64,000 bases of DNA from Klebsormidium nitens. Its lineage: Eukaryota > Plantae > Klebsormidiophyceae. The position numbers were made by a program, and so were the translations under genes. The notes under the pieces were generated by a model. It saw only the letters and a list, made by a program, of their open reading frames with translations. It had not been told where the DNA came from and made no database searches. Shown here one piece after another: positions 10,701 to 23,852 of the stretch (position 1 is the first letter of the stretch; every line of letters starts with the position of its first letter). Location of the stretch: the NCBI GenBank assembly GCA_000708835.1, contig DF237029.1:24658-88657 (forward strand), read 5' to 3'.

Positions 10701-13700
10701 CAGACAAGTCGCTGCGCTGCGTTGATTCACTGATGAGATTCGCAGTGCACAGCTGGCGGTAAGGGGAGCGAACGCATGCAGAGCAAGACAAGAGGATGTA
10801 GATTGCCTGCGTCAGCAGCAGCGGAGCTTTTGATTGTATCAGCATCTGGCTGAGTGCCGAATAACGTTGACACCTGTGCCGGCTGGTCTCTCTCCTCAGG
10901 GGCGTAACCAACTGACCAAGCGCGCCAACACCCTCTTTCAGGTCATAGACGTACATTGATAGATCGCAACCTGTTGCACACGAAAGGTGACGTTTTGGAA
11001 AAGAAGGGTGTCACCTGCTGGAAAAAGACGAGCCCCGTCCCGATGGTCAGCGCCTTGATGTTGGGCCCCGTCAGCAGCTCCTTCCACGCGTCCGCGCCCA
11101 GGTCCTCGCCCTTGTCCGCATTCAGGGCGTCCAGAATGCCGGCCACCTGGCCAAGAGAAAGACCCATCAGTCGCCTCAACAAGAAAATTCACGCTTGCTA
11201 ATGGCATCCTTATGGAATGCTTTTGGAATGAGGGGATTTGAACTTCGGCCTCACCGAGCTGGTGAGGAATGGAGCCGCATGCGGGTTGACGAAATGGTCG
11301 AGCTCTTCCTCACAAATGAGCACTCCGGCTCATACGAGAAGGAGATGACACTGCCCGCTTTCAAGTCCTCAGATTCTTGCACCTCTTCGGGGTTTCCTTG
11401 CACGTCTGAAGCCCCCAAAGCTTGGCGGTCCAACTCACTTGCAGCAGCAGTTGATTCCTCAATTGTTCAAATCCATCCGGGCAAGTCTCACATGCCCTGC
11501 CGTCTCTTCCTCCGCCAGAGGAGCCGTTTACTGCCAAATTTCGCTTCCGCAACCAACCCGACCACTCCGCACGAGCTCACACCTCTCCAACAGACAATTC
11601 GAGAACCTAAAACCCTTACACCTCACGACCATCAAACTTCGAAAAGCCTCGACAACTGTACCTGCTCGTCCGCCTGCTCGTCCGACGCCCTCGCCCCGCG
11701 CAGCCGCTTCAGGCATGTGCGCGCCTCCCCCTTGAGCTGCGAGGGATCCCCCTTGTCGTCGCACGCCCGCAGGAGCAGCCAGCGGGGAGACTCGGGCAGC
11801 CACAGCATTCCGGCGGCCATCAGAACGGCGGCCGGAGCGGAAAGGCCGTACATCCAGCGCCAGCCGCCGACCTCGCCGATCTCAAAGTAGCCGCCCAAAT
11901 AGCCCAACTGCAGAAGTAGGTGGGCGTGAGATTTGAGCGTGAAGGGGAAGGGTAGGCGACGGTTGTGTTGCCAGAGATGGTTTCAGTCAAGTGTAGGAAC
12001 GGGTTTGATTTTGCAGTGGACGGAGAAGAGAGCCGAAGAGAGTGTAAAGCTTGAGGAAACGAGGTTGCACGCCGGATGGGTTATCGCAAAACGACAGTCA
12101 CTGGCAGCCCTGTCTTCTAACCTGTCGCGCAAAGCTGAAGCACGGGAACCAGTCGCCTTCCGCAAGGCCGGCACTGGCTTACGAAGTGCCGACACGAGGA
12201 ACGACTTGAGACTCATTCTATTTTACCTGGGCTCCGACTCGTTGGGTGGAATGGGCAAAGGTTTGACAGAAGGGTACGAGTTACGAACCGAATCTCAAAG
12301 GCAAGCTAGCAGACTTACCAGGATGCCCCCCACGATGAAGGCCTCCTTGAGCGAGATGAGCGTCCCGCGCACCTTGCTGGGCGCCGTCTCTGCTATGTAC
12401 ATTGGGGCCCCGTGCATGGCCTGCAAAGGAGACAACTCCAGTGAGGCGAGTTAGCAGTCACCACGAATTGGGACGTCGGTTTTGAGAGAATCCAGCCACA
12501 AATAGGAGCTTTCTCCACATCTTTAATTTCTTGAGCCTCCTTATAGTGCTCTCGAACGATAGGACAACCCAAACCAAAGCACAAGCAGGCCGAGATAGTT
12601 TGCTGGGCCAATCGGGCTGGACACTTCTGTGCAAGTGTACCAACATAAGTGTTGGGTGTGCGCGGTCTCATCTCATCGATCAAGTGGTTGCACGATTTTC
12701 TTCCCGAAACAGGTTTTGGCGAGTCGTGTTGAAATGGTGGCTATGGGTCGTATGTAGAAGAGAGCCGCTCAGGAGTCACCAGCACTATAACCCAGATTAA
12801 TTAAGAAGAGCGGCAGGGTAATCAGCCCAATTTCATGAAGTGGCTCCAGGTCGAACGTTGAAGAGAGTCGACCCAAAGGACTCACCAGCCCAATCCCCAA
12901 CCCGTATGCAACCCTTCCCGCGACCAGCGCCGGAAGCGAGGGGGCAAACGCCATAAGCAACGCGCCGATCAAGTAGAGCGCGGCCGCAGAAAGCAGCTCT
13001 TTCCGCCGCCCTGCATGTGCCTTGGGTTTATTCTCCACATGGTCTTTCTTCCTAAGAGATTGTCTTTGCAAAAGCGAGGACACTGGCAGTGCGCGAGTCT
13101 CGAACGTGCGAGCCACAGTAGCGCAGAGCTCTGCAGGCACGTAGTCGTCACCAATAGCCGTTTGCATGTGCTGTAGGACTGTGTCTCCTTGTCCTTACTG
13201 GAGAGGTCACTTCTGGACACTTCTGGGTTAGCCTGACATGGCAGATGGGAAGGCAAGCCATGGCTTGGGTCTCGAGCAGGGGTGAGGGTTGCCTTCGGTC
13301 TCACCGATAGGGTCGGCAATGAGGTATGCCAGAATGGACCCCAGAAGCGCCCCACCCAGCGATCCGCTGACGACCAGGCCGGTGGCGAGGGGGGAAAGGT
13401 CGAACCAGGTGGTGCCACTCAAGGCAGCGTCCTGCGAAACGTTTGCATACCAGTGAAACTGAATAAGCGGCGGAGAGGTTGCTGGAAAGTTTCAAGCATA
13501 CGTCGAACAACGGCGGTAGTATCTCCAACATTCTGAATACTGGCATTTTGAAGCAGGGGATACCACAGTGGAGCAGCTAGCAGAGAAAGACATGCCACTG
13601 ACCAAGCGTGCAGGAATGTGCTTGATGTAGCAAGGAGGAAAGGGTGGTCATACAGACTGGCTTGAGCATCTTCATCAGAAATTATACACAGAGAGAGACT

Positions 13701-14801
13701 TTGCTGACGCCCCCCACCTTCAGCGATATCACTGCCCCGCTGGTGGCGCCAATGTCGTAGCCAAACAGCGCCCCCCCAATGGCCGGAAAAACGAACCTGT
13801 CGAGAGTGTTTGTTGCACTTCTCAAATGTCGCACTTTGTCCGGGCATAGTGCAAGTGATCTGACTTGTATGCAGAATTGGAATGTTATACACTGATGAGG
13901 AACTTCTCCGCATTCTTTAAGAATGTGGCAGGCAGACTTCACAAAGCGCAACACTTACGGTAGCGCGACGGCACTCCAATCAATATCTTCCGGAGGGGGG
14001 CTAGGGGGCTCAGTTGCAGGATCCTCTGCATCTATAACCTGGACAGCTCCTTCCTGCAACAAATACCATAACTTAAAGCGGTTTGGCATAGGCCCTGCTT
14101 TATTTAGACGTCCCTCAATGCCTGAAAAAATGCTGCTAGTGAGTAAACTTGTGCACACCACACCACCCAAAGTGACTCATCAGGATCTCGACAAAAATCT
14201 CTACGAATTAATCTGGTCAAACGGACGGTCCTTGAGAAAGTTGATTGTGGAATGGGGAATGCATTTAAATGTCTTGGGTTTTGATAAACTCTCCGAGACT
14301 AACCACTGGGCAACGTTCAATCAGACATTCCCTCTATTTCCAGCCTTCACTACTGAAAACCTGTTGAATTTTAAGTGTGATTGAATATAACATGACATTA
14401 TCTTGTCAAGGATGCTTTGACCAATTGCATGCTGGATTAATCAGCTTAGTTCTGCGCCATTTACATTGCACTTGTGACACATGAATCATGCCATTCTTTG
14501 GACTCGACGGTTGCAGCAATTGATGGAAGCACACCTGCTTTTCAGCTCTGGCCCGTGCAGAAGGTCTGCGCTTCTCCAAACTCCATGTCTTCGCCCCAAG
14601 AAGGGATGACTGCGAATCCATTGAACCTTGTGTCGATGTCTTCCTTAGCGAGCAAACCTTTGCAAATTTTCGATGAATGTTGGGATTCCGTACTTTCCCA
14701 GCGCTGAAGCCTGAACTTTGAGTCTGCTCCCTTCTCCCTGGCGTCGGAGGAAGGAAGCAGTGCTTGATAAAAGTAGTCTGGAAGCTGAAACTGGTAGCCA
14801 T
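7763..14801 (-). CDS. MFS sugar porter, D-xylose-proton symporter-like / VGT subfamily, with a predicted plastid transit peptide (pSuT/VGT3-like); about 13 exons
   Basis: Spliced exons carry sugar-porter motifs: FVFPAIGGALFGYDIGATSGA, DPIGRRKELL, GRVAYGLGIGLAMHGAPMYIAE, LPESPRWLL, LVFFQQVTGQPSVLYYA, VDKAGRRPLLL, YQISFGPISWLMVSEIFPLRVRGRA, VPETKGLSLEEIE. The first exon (ATG 14801) encodes a Ser/Thr/Arg-rich leader (MATSFSFQTTFIKH...). All junctions I checked are GT-AG and in frame. Confidence 0.92.
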
Positions 14802-15615
14802 TTCTATCGAAACCTACTGCCAGGCAATGCAGGCTGGTCCATACGGAGCGCTTTCTCTTCTCCTCAGTGAAGCTCAGGCTTGATCAGGGTGCATGCGAGA
14901 TTGTAAAATATCATGTAGGATATTATGGCGGCTTGCCCATCACAATGTCCATGCATGATGCGGACCATTGGCATGATCAAAGGTGCACTGTGACATCACT
15001 CTCTCGCCACGTGTCGAGATCGCATAAGCCGCAGTCCGACTACGTTTTCCACAGCCGTCCGATCCAACTAACTTTCAAGGCAGTTGCTCTTCGACCTTCA
15101 ACGGTATGGCCGGTATGCAAAGCAGCTTGCGCTGCAATCGCGCTTGCGCCGTCAATTGAACAGCAGCAGGTTTACGCTTCCTTCTTTTGGAGCTCGATCA
15201 GTCTTTGAGTTCCAAACAACGAGACAATGCACTTGTTCAAAGTTGAATTTTTGCAGGTGGAAAGAACAGGAAAGAAACATTAACTTTTAGTGGTGGTAGA
15301 CCAGTACATGGTTCCTGGCTCACCGCGTCACTCGCTTCAATGGCTTCACAAATTGAGCTGCAGCAGCTGGGCTATTTAAGATGATAAGGCTTAAGTCGGT
15401 TATGTATGAATACACAACCTCGAAAAGCGAGGGTTTCTTGAGACGCAACCTGACCACTAGCTGCATTCATTGACTCGGCGTGCAAAAACTTGAGAGACTT
15501 GGCCACACACCGTCTGGGCTGCCTGACCCTCTTGATCAAACTAGGTTTCCAACGTCATTGATGTGGTTCGGACCTTGACGTTAGTGCTTCAGGTTGGTAG
15601 CTCCAAAAGCCGACC
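14802..15615. promoter_or_regulatory. Putative bidirectional promoter region between the sugar porter (-) and the CCC gene (+)
   Basis: Divergent start codons 815 bp apart; a TATA-like CTATTTAAG near 15370. Inferred from gene layout only. Confidence 0.45.
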
Positions 15616-18600
15616 ATGAATGAAAGCCTATCAAATGAGTCGCTGGACAGTGCAGTAGACTCTTCCATCAACAGAATGGAGAGCCAAGGGACCTCAAGTA
15701 GCAGCGGCAAGCGAGGACGAGAAGACTCGATGACAGCATCAGGGGTGGAGGCCTCAACAGGCCATCTTGGAACCTTGAATGGGGTCCTCATCCCCACTTG
15801 TGAGAATATGTAAGTTCCATCTGGATATTATTTTCAGTTACGGCTTGGTACAGAAGCTTTGCAACATTAGTGTCAACATGATATTCCTGCAGCTGACTAA
15901 AAGATCTAGTATACCAGAGGTGGCTGGAGGTAGCGCAACCTTCTGACCAATATAAGAAGGCTTCATTGAGGCTTACCTCATTCCGGTTACCTGCTATGCC
16001 TTTACTACGCTCTTGTCAATGCAGGTGGGGTGTTCTCATCTTTCTGCGCTTCTACGCGGTGGTGGGGAATGCTGGGGTTTGGCAGGTAAGAGAAACTGCG
16101 CAAAGGAAACTCATCATCCAAGATCTGTTGCCATGTCTGCTGTCAGAACAGCCCCAAACACCAGAACACAATATCGAATTGAGGTTGCGCCTCTCCTGAT
16201 CCTTCCTCCACACTGACATTCGCCATCTCTTTGCAGTCATTCACAATAGTCCTGGTTTCCTTTCTCTGCTCGCTGCTGACAACACTATCATTGAGCGCAG
16301 TGGCCACGAATGGAAAAGCGGTGAGTGCGAAGCGGACATTAAGGCCAGCTTATCATGCACTAGTCTCAACGTCAGTGCACAACAACTCTTCCATAAGAAG
16401 CTCGGCATTCAATGTAACTGCATGTCTTTGCTCGTCTTTTTGACACGAAATCCACAGCTGCTCTTCTCTTTGGATGTTACATTTTGGAGGTGGACCATTA
16501 ATTCATGTTAGTGCTCTCACTGGATGCACAATCTGATTTTGATCGTCTGGATTGTCCAGGAAGAAGGTGGCACCTACTACCTTATCAGTCGAGCGCTGGG
16601 CCCTCGAATAGGCGGAGCAGTCGGTTGCATGTACTACCTTGGAGTTGCCCTCTTGGCAGTCCTTGAGACGCTTGGCGCAATAGAGATGCTTCTCTTCACA
16701 TTCCCCAGCCTCCATATAACCGCGGCTACTCGAATCCTGAGCGCCATCCTGCTCATCGCTTTGGGGATCCTGGTAGGGTACAGACTCTTTCATGCATCCG
16801 AATTGCAGACGGTCAAATCGATCAGGCTAAGAGTGATCGTTGAAGAGGCTTCGTACAGGATGGTCCACCCCGCTCATCTCTTCAAAATAGTGCATCAATC
16901 GTTCTACTCGGAATCCCTCGGCACCTACCAGCTACGTTTAGCCAAAAATCAAATCAATATTGGTTCAAAACCTTTTCTTTGATCTCCATACAGGTCTTCT
17001 GTGGCATCAAGTTTGTAAGCCGGCTGGGTGTCGTCTTTTTCGGCGTCTGCTTGTACACAATGGCCAGCTTCTACATTGGACTTGCACTAGCTCCCAAGCA
17101 CAACCTCCCGGCGGAGGTCACTGGCCTCTCGTTTTCAACTCTTAGGAGCAACTGGGACCCTGGCTATGCGCATGGTGAGTCTCACTCGACACCACCAACC
17201 GGTTGCCAAAGTTGCCAAAGTTGGCCAGGTAGCAGTATGAGGTCTCACTTGAGAAGGAGCATGACCCTTCTTGTTGTCTCTTCAAGTCAAAGTGTCCGAG
17301 TATTGAGAACTCAAGAAGGCTGGTTTTGAAGGTAAGGCAAAAAGTGCTGACCGAAACGATAATTGAACAGCAGACAATGGATGTAAACGATGCGGTCGGC
17401 GCAAAGACAGGCCGCGTCATCCATTTGCAGCATCTGATTAGCAGTCCTGATTTTCGTACGCAGGCATGGACTACTCTGCGGCTCTCAGTATCTTCTTTCC
17501 ATGCTTCACTGGCATCCTGTCCGGAGCCGACAGAGCCAGTTCTCTTCGGAATCCTGCAAGAAGCATTCCCATTGGAACTCTCGGGGCCATTTGCGTCAGT
17601 CTGGTGAGTGACAAGTGCTCTTGGTCTGTAACTCAGTAAATGCATCGCAGTTCTCGGATAAACCGGCACATTGAATCGATCTCGCTCCCTCTGTTTGGAG
17701 CAGTGGTCTGCTTCTGAGATGTTCAAGATTGCCTCGCTATCGAGCTGGTTGACCTGCGAGATGAGTCCTCTGAACCGGTTCTCCATTTTGCAGGTAATCT
17801 ATCTGTCCTACTTTGGTCTTTGGGGCGCCGTCGCTCTCCGGCCGTACTTGCGGGGCGACCTCTCGACTGGAGGCGGCGGGCATGGCGACGCGTCCATCGT
17901 CGCCGACATCGTGTGGCCCTCTGCCATCGTCACGCAGCTGGGCATCATCATTGCGTCCATCAGTCAAGCGCTACAGTGCCTCGTGACGGCCCCTCGGCTG
18001 ATCCAGGTGCGCATCTCGACTTTCTGCCCGGTCGAAAGAGATACACAGGACGTCGTACCTTTTGAGGTTGAGAAAAATTGTTGAGATCCTGGGAGATTGT
18101 TCACAGATTTCAAACTTGTACCCAGCAGTTGTCAGTTTGGCGGCCTTCTGGTACCGCCACGGGTGACTGTTTCTATATAATCATGAGCTCTTGAGCCTGC
18201 GCTCCCTGTTTGCAGCAAGCAGGTGTTAATCCGCTCACTCAAAACTTCAGATCCATTTCCTTGCTTCCCTACCCGTCCTTGACGCGACACTCGTTCGCAG
18301 GCCATCTCCGCAGACGGCGTAGTCCCGTTCCTGGCCCCGCTGGCCCGCCTCCGCAACAACGAACCGCAGCGCGCCCTGATCTTCACGGTCATCTTCTGCG
18401 TGTGCGCCTCCATGATCGGCAGCCTGGACCTGGTGGCGCCCCTCACCTCCGTCTGCTTCCTCACCTGCTACGCCGCGCTCAACCTGTCGTGCCTCCTTTT
18501 CACGGTCCTCAAAGCCCCCAGGTCAGCACGCAATAGCTTGAACCGAAAAAGAGATGGAGTGCCCGCTTGGAACATGCCTGAAAGTTCTGCTTGGCTTCGT

Positions 18601-21600
18601 TCCCTTTGAAAGTAGTTGAAAGTTCAAGTACTAAACTTCACTTGACGGTCGTTGGTCTCAAACCAGACATCCATCCCCTAATAACATGATCTCCTCTTGG
18701 CAAGGGCTAGAAATTCTCCCCTCACTGTGAAGCCTTTCACGGCAATCTCCAACGTCTCTGATTTATTCAGCTTTTCAAATCCAGGCAAGCAGATACTCGT
18801 GTAGGCAAGCACCTAAAACCAAAAGGCCAGCCTTTTGGAATGTCGAAAGTTAGAGCCCTATCGTCCGCAGCTGGCGCCCCTCGTGGCGGTACTACAGCTG
18901 GGCGACGGCGCTGGCGGGCTTCCTGGGCTGCTTCGCGCTCATGTTCGCCATCGTGTGGTACTGGGCGCTGGCCGCCATCTTCCTGGCGGCGCTGCTGTAC
19001 ATCTACATCGACTACCGCCAGGTGCAGGTCGACTGGGGCACCGGCCTGGGGGGGCTCCGCCTGCAGCTCGCCGTGCAGGCCATCCTCAGCGCCGGCCGGG
19101 AGGTCAGCGCCGGGCTCGACTCGCTTTTCGTTCGACGACTTGCTTGATACAAATATGTCCGGTTTAGATTCGAACGGGAACGTCCACACTGTCTGGTGCG
19201 CAGACTCTCCAGTTTAGATATGCTCCTCCGCTTTCGTGAGGTTCCATCTCTATGAAGGTCCGTATTGCTGCGCGCACCCAAGGATTGCCGTGGAAAAGTA
19301 GATTGTTTCACCGGTGAAAGTGCGGTAGGTGAACAGGCATGGCTATATGCTTGACCATGATAGTACGTGAGGCTGACGTACTTTGTTCTTTTCACAGAGC
19401 AAGTTTTCGGTCAACTGGCGGCCACAGCTGCTGGTGTTGGCGAAGCCGCAGAAGCAGTGGGACGACGAAGGCAGCCGCAACACTGACAACGAGATACTGT
19501 CGTTCGCGTCGCAGCTCAAAAAGGTAACCCTCAAATCAGAAGCCTCTTACCGCACCATTGGGACGCCTTTGCCGATTTACACTTAAGGTCTGTCCTACTA
19601 CAAGTGTTCTGCTTCAGCGCTTCGTTATCAGGTACTCTTTCTGGACTAAACATTCGGTCCCGTAAAGATGCTCGTTCGACGTGTGACGGAGGCAATAAGC
19701 AAGAGCTGCCTTCTCTTCAGCTTGTGAGCTGGGCTCAGGATTCAACATCTTGCTCTCTGGTGGCAGGGTAAGGGCCTTTGCGTCGTGAACGTCATCCTAG
19801 AGGGAAAGCTCTCGGAGTTGGCGGCCGAAGCACGACAAGAGCAGGTCAGTACGTCGGCACGGTTGCTGTGTACAGCACCCAGAAATTAAGGTGCTCCTGC
19901 CTCTTCGAGGAAGCTTGATGATGAAACGAAAGGGTTTTCGTGCGAATCTCAGGTCAGGCGCGTTGCAAGTTGTTAAAACAATCCGCAATTTTAGGTCATA
20001 AAGATATACGGACTCCTGAACTCTATAAACGATTCATTGGCGTGGGAGAATCGAGGATTGCTTGAGGGTTGCTTTGCAAATGTTTCCTTTCCTGACATGC
20101 TTCCTCTAAGCGGAAATTCGAAATTGAAGGGAAGCTTTACAACATTTCTTGTTTTTCAAAGTCCAAAATAGCAGGAAAGGACAGGCTTGAGGATCCACTT
20201 CCGCTGCTGGTCACTTTTCTCATTCATGCTTCTCATATGTTTGCAGGAGGACCTAGAAGCTCGCATGGAGCATGAGAAGGTAGCTGGCTTTGCGCGCGCG
20301 CTGGTGGCGGCATCCTACCGACAGGGGAAGACGTGTGCCATTCAGACTGGAGGCCTGGGCAGCCTGGAACCCAACACGCTGCTGCTGGGATGGCCCGACA
20401 AGTGGCAGGAAACAGGCCACCGCGACTCGGGGGAGGTCAGCATCTGCCGCGCTACAAATGCGTCTTATAGTTTATGCGTTTGAAACTATTTATTTTGCAG
20501 ATATCTGAAGGCTCGCTTTCGTTTGGAAAAAGGTGACACGGAAAGCAAAGAACAAACGTGTAATTCTGAAGAGGGTAGGCAACACCCACCCTCAGTCACG
20601 GCTGAGAGAACTCGTGCTTTGAACCAAAAGTGCGTTTTTAAGGCCATCTAAAAGAATTGCCTCCGTCCGCAGATCTTCTTGGAGACGTTGGCGGAATGCA
20701 CCGCGACCGCGAAGGCGGCCCTCATCTGCATGCACATCCAGAACTTCCCGCGCGCGAATGAGAAGCAGCACGGCTTCATCGACGTCTGGTGGATCGTGCA
20801 CGACGGCGGTCTGCTCCTGCTGCTGGCGCACCTGCTTTCTCAGGTAACTCGCTCTCTGCTGAACATCATCACCGTACACGCTTTCTGAATGATTTCGGGG
20901 CAGACTTCAAGGCGGAGGTCAGCTTTCGAGGTGGAATGGGATTTCAGTAAACACCGCCAAGTGCATTCTAATTGATTAAACGTGAACAGCAGCTCGGCGG
21001 GGTCATTCGTATTCCCGGACACTCATTGGTGTCTCCACCTGCCGCTCTCTTCTTCGACCCTTTGCTCTACCCACAACGGCAATCAATTCCGGAAGCTGTC
21101 CGGTTTTCTCAATGTGTGAGAAGCGTGTTCTTCCGTCGTTCTGCAGCACCGTATCTGGAGATCCTGCAAGTTGCGCGTTCACACCGTGGCCGAGCAGCTC
21201 GACAACTCGGTGGCGGTCAAAGCCAACCTGCAGGCGCTGCTACAGCAGGTCAGGATCTTGCTCATGTCCAGATGCGGTTGTTTCCCGGGTATATCCTGCG
21301 CGAGTCGGAAATCTGATTTTGCTTGCCTGATCTGCCTCCTTTGAAGAAGAAATGATGCCGTTCAAGTCACCATCAGAATGCCAATCTGCATAGACTGGGC
21401 AGTCCCGAGGCCAAACTTGGCCCAGGTTTGGAGGAGCTGCCAGCACAGAGAGATCGTTTTCTGCCAATCCTCCAAAGACTACGATGCGAACCTGCCTAGC
21501 TGATTTCAGGAATTTGCTACAACTGCTTGTTATCTCGTCATTTCTACTGGAAGCGTGATCATTCTCCTTCCTCTCCTGTTCGAAGAACCCCCCACAAAGT

Positions 21601-23852
21601 GTCCGATTCTCGTTCCGCGGGTTTGAGATCTGAGTCGTCAGGACCCTTTTCTGATTGTACATGCTTTCAACCTCCATTCCGTGCATCTCACAGCGCGGAC
21701 CCCTCTTCGACTACAGCCAGGGCCAGTGACATTTCACCTTTCTCCGCCACCTTTGTGCAATGAGCTTTTGCATCCTGAAACTCGAAAACTCTAAAGTTAC
21801 GAAAACCCTTCACCAACCTGACACCCTCATTCCCCTGCAGGTGCGCATCGAGGCCGAGGTCGAGGTCGTCGAGATGGCGGACGAGGACCTGGCGCCGTAC
21901 ACGTACGATTACACGCTCCGCCTCGAGGAGGCGCAGGCGCACCTGGAAGGCCTCGCCGCGCAGCGCAAGGACAAGCCCGCGGGCCTGGAGAAGACCAGCT
22001 CATTCGCCGGGTCGTTTGCCCGGCGCCCCGAGGCGTACCTCAAGCTTGGCAAAGCAGACGATGGGATCGGGTCGTTGCAGGGCGGGGTGACGCCCCGGGC
22101 AGCCAGCATGCGGGCCAAGAGCGGACCGCTGCCGCGGTCCTTTCCGCAGGTGAGGAGGCGGGGCGGATGACGCGTCTTTGGGACTTGAGCGCGTGGTAGA
22201 GGTTGCTCTGTCGATGACGTCTAGATGATCGACCATCTGGCTAAGATCACCAGATTCTGGGCGTGTGAACGGAGTGACATACTCAACTCAACTGTCTTAC
22301 TAGACTCGTAACGTGCAATACAGAGGTTTCCCTGCGACAAACTCCGAATCCGTCCGACGCTCAGCAATAATAAATGGTAACGTTGATCGCTGTGTTCGAA
22401 ACCACTTCAAACCAGATCAAAGGAGGATCGATGTTTATGCATGATTTATAGGAATCAGGATACCAGCAAAAACTTGCACCCTGTGCCGGCCATTCCTGGA
22501 ACCGCTTTGTTCCTGACGCCGTCTCGTCGCGCGAGCTGATCATGACCCTATTTTGCAGCGCAATTGAGCCCCAGATCACCGCGCGAAGTGCGAACCTATC
22601 TCGCCGCGCACTTTCTGACCCCGTTCCGCGGCCTTGCAGGAGCTGCACATGGTTGATGGCGCGGCGCACGTGTCGCGGCAGGCCAGCCTGCGGCGCAGCG
22701 GTGAACTGGTGCTCACCATCGACGACATCCAAGCCGGGAAGCCAGGGCATTCCGTCCACAACCGGCGGTCCAGCACCGGGAGCAGCGGCGACGACGAGTT
22801 GCCCCGCCCAGAGGACCCGGGGAGGAGGCGGAGCGTCGTGGAAGGCGTCCCGGTCCTGCGCGCTCTCGGCAGCGCGGCCGGCCGCGAGAGCTTCCGCAAC
22901 AGCGGCCAGCTGGACGCCGTGCTCGGGGCGCCCAACCGGGGCGGCGCCACGCCGCGCGCGCGGCGCGCGGAGTCGATGACGGCGCTGCAGATGGCCGGGT
23001 TTGGGCAGGTGGAGAGCCGCCGCGCGTCGCGCTTTGGGGAGGGTTTGGGGGAAGGCGAGGGCGCGGGCGCGGGGCCGGTGTCGAACGGCTCGTTCACGGC
23101 CGGGGCGTCGATGCGGGATGGGAAGCAGACGCGGTTTGCGGACGAGATCGCGAAATTGGGGCCCCCGGAATGGGAAGACAAGCAAGTGGAGATGACGGGG
23201 ACCACCCTGGCTGCGGAGTCGGTGAAGCAGGCGCTCCGCGAGATGCAGGCGGCGGCGCGCGAGCGGCCGAACCCCCTCGAGCGGACCTGGGATACGTTCA
23301 CGCAAGCACACACGCCCAAGAGGCTGAATGACCTGATTCGTGAGAAGTCGGAGGTAAGGGATGCAGCCAGCAGGGGAGGCGTTGCATTTGAGTGCGGATG
23401 TATCTGTTGAGTCAGCGGATTCGATTTCAGAGCCACCATGCAGGTCTTACGGAGACGGAACTTGTGGAAGTATCTTCGGAAGGGTTGAACTTCGTTTGTG
23501 CTTTTTCAAGTCGTGATCGTGTTTAACAGTGAAATTCAGATTCGCCTTCTACAAAGAGTCTTCTTTGAAGCATTGAGCATCAAATTCCTCGACGAGCCTT
23601 CTTCACCGGGGTCCTTACGCACTTCGTTTATAGGTGTACCATATGCACACCTGTGAATAATGCTCATTCTCGTCTCCGCAGAGCGCTCGACTGGTGTTGA
23701 TCAACCTGCCTGATCCGCACATGAAGATGGATCCCGACCAATACATGGGCTATTGCGAAGAGTTGACTGCTGGAATTAGCAGGGTTCTGCTTGTTCACGG
23801 CACGGGCAAAGAAGTTTGGAGCTCTGCTCCCATGACCAAGGTGACCAAGTAA
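15616..23852 (+). CDS. CCC: Cation-chloride cotransporter (SLC12/CCC family, KCC-like), multi-exon
   Basis: Exons give LGTLNGVLIPTCENM/WGVLIFLRF (TM1), LSLSAVATNG, GGTYYLISRALGPRIGGAVG, CLVTAPRLIQ, FLTCYAALNLSC, VDWGTGLGGLRLQLA, VNWRPQLLVL, GKGLCVVNVI, QTGGLGSLEPNTLLLGWP, GFIDVWWIVHDGGLLLLLAHLL, RIWRSCKLRV and a last exon (23682..23852) SARLVLINLPDP...YCEELTAGISRVLLVHGTGKEV...TK*. The start codon is tentative. Confidence 0.93.

Noticed and set aside
17202-17226. Short tandem GTTGCCAAA-like repeat in a CCC intron
   Set aside because: Only about 2.5 copies, consistent with ordinary slippage, with no functional evidence.
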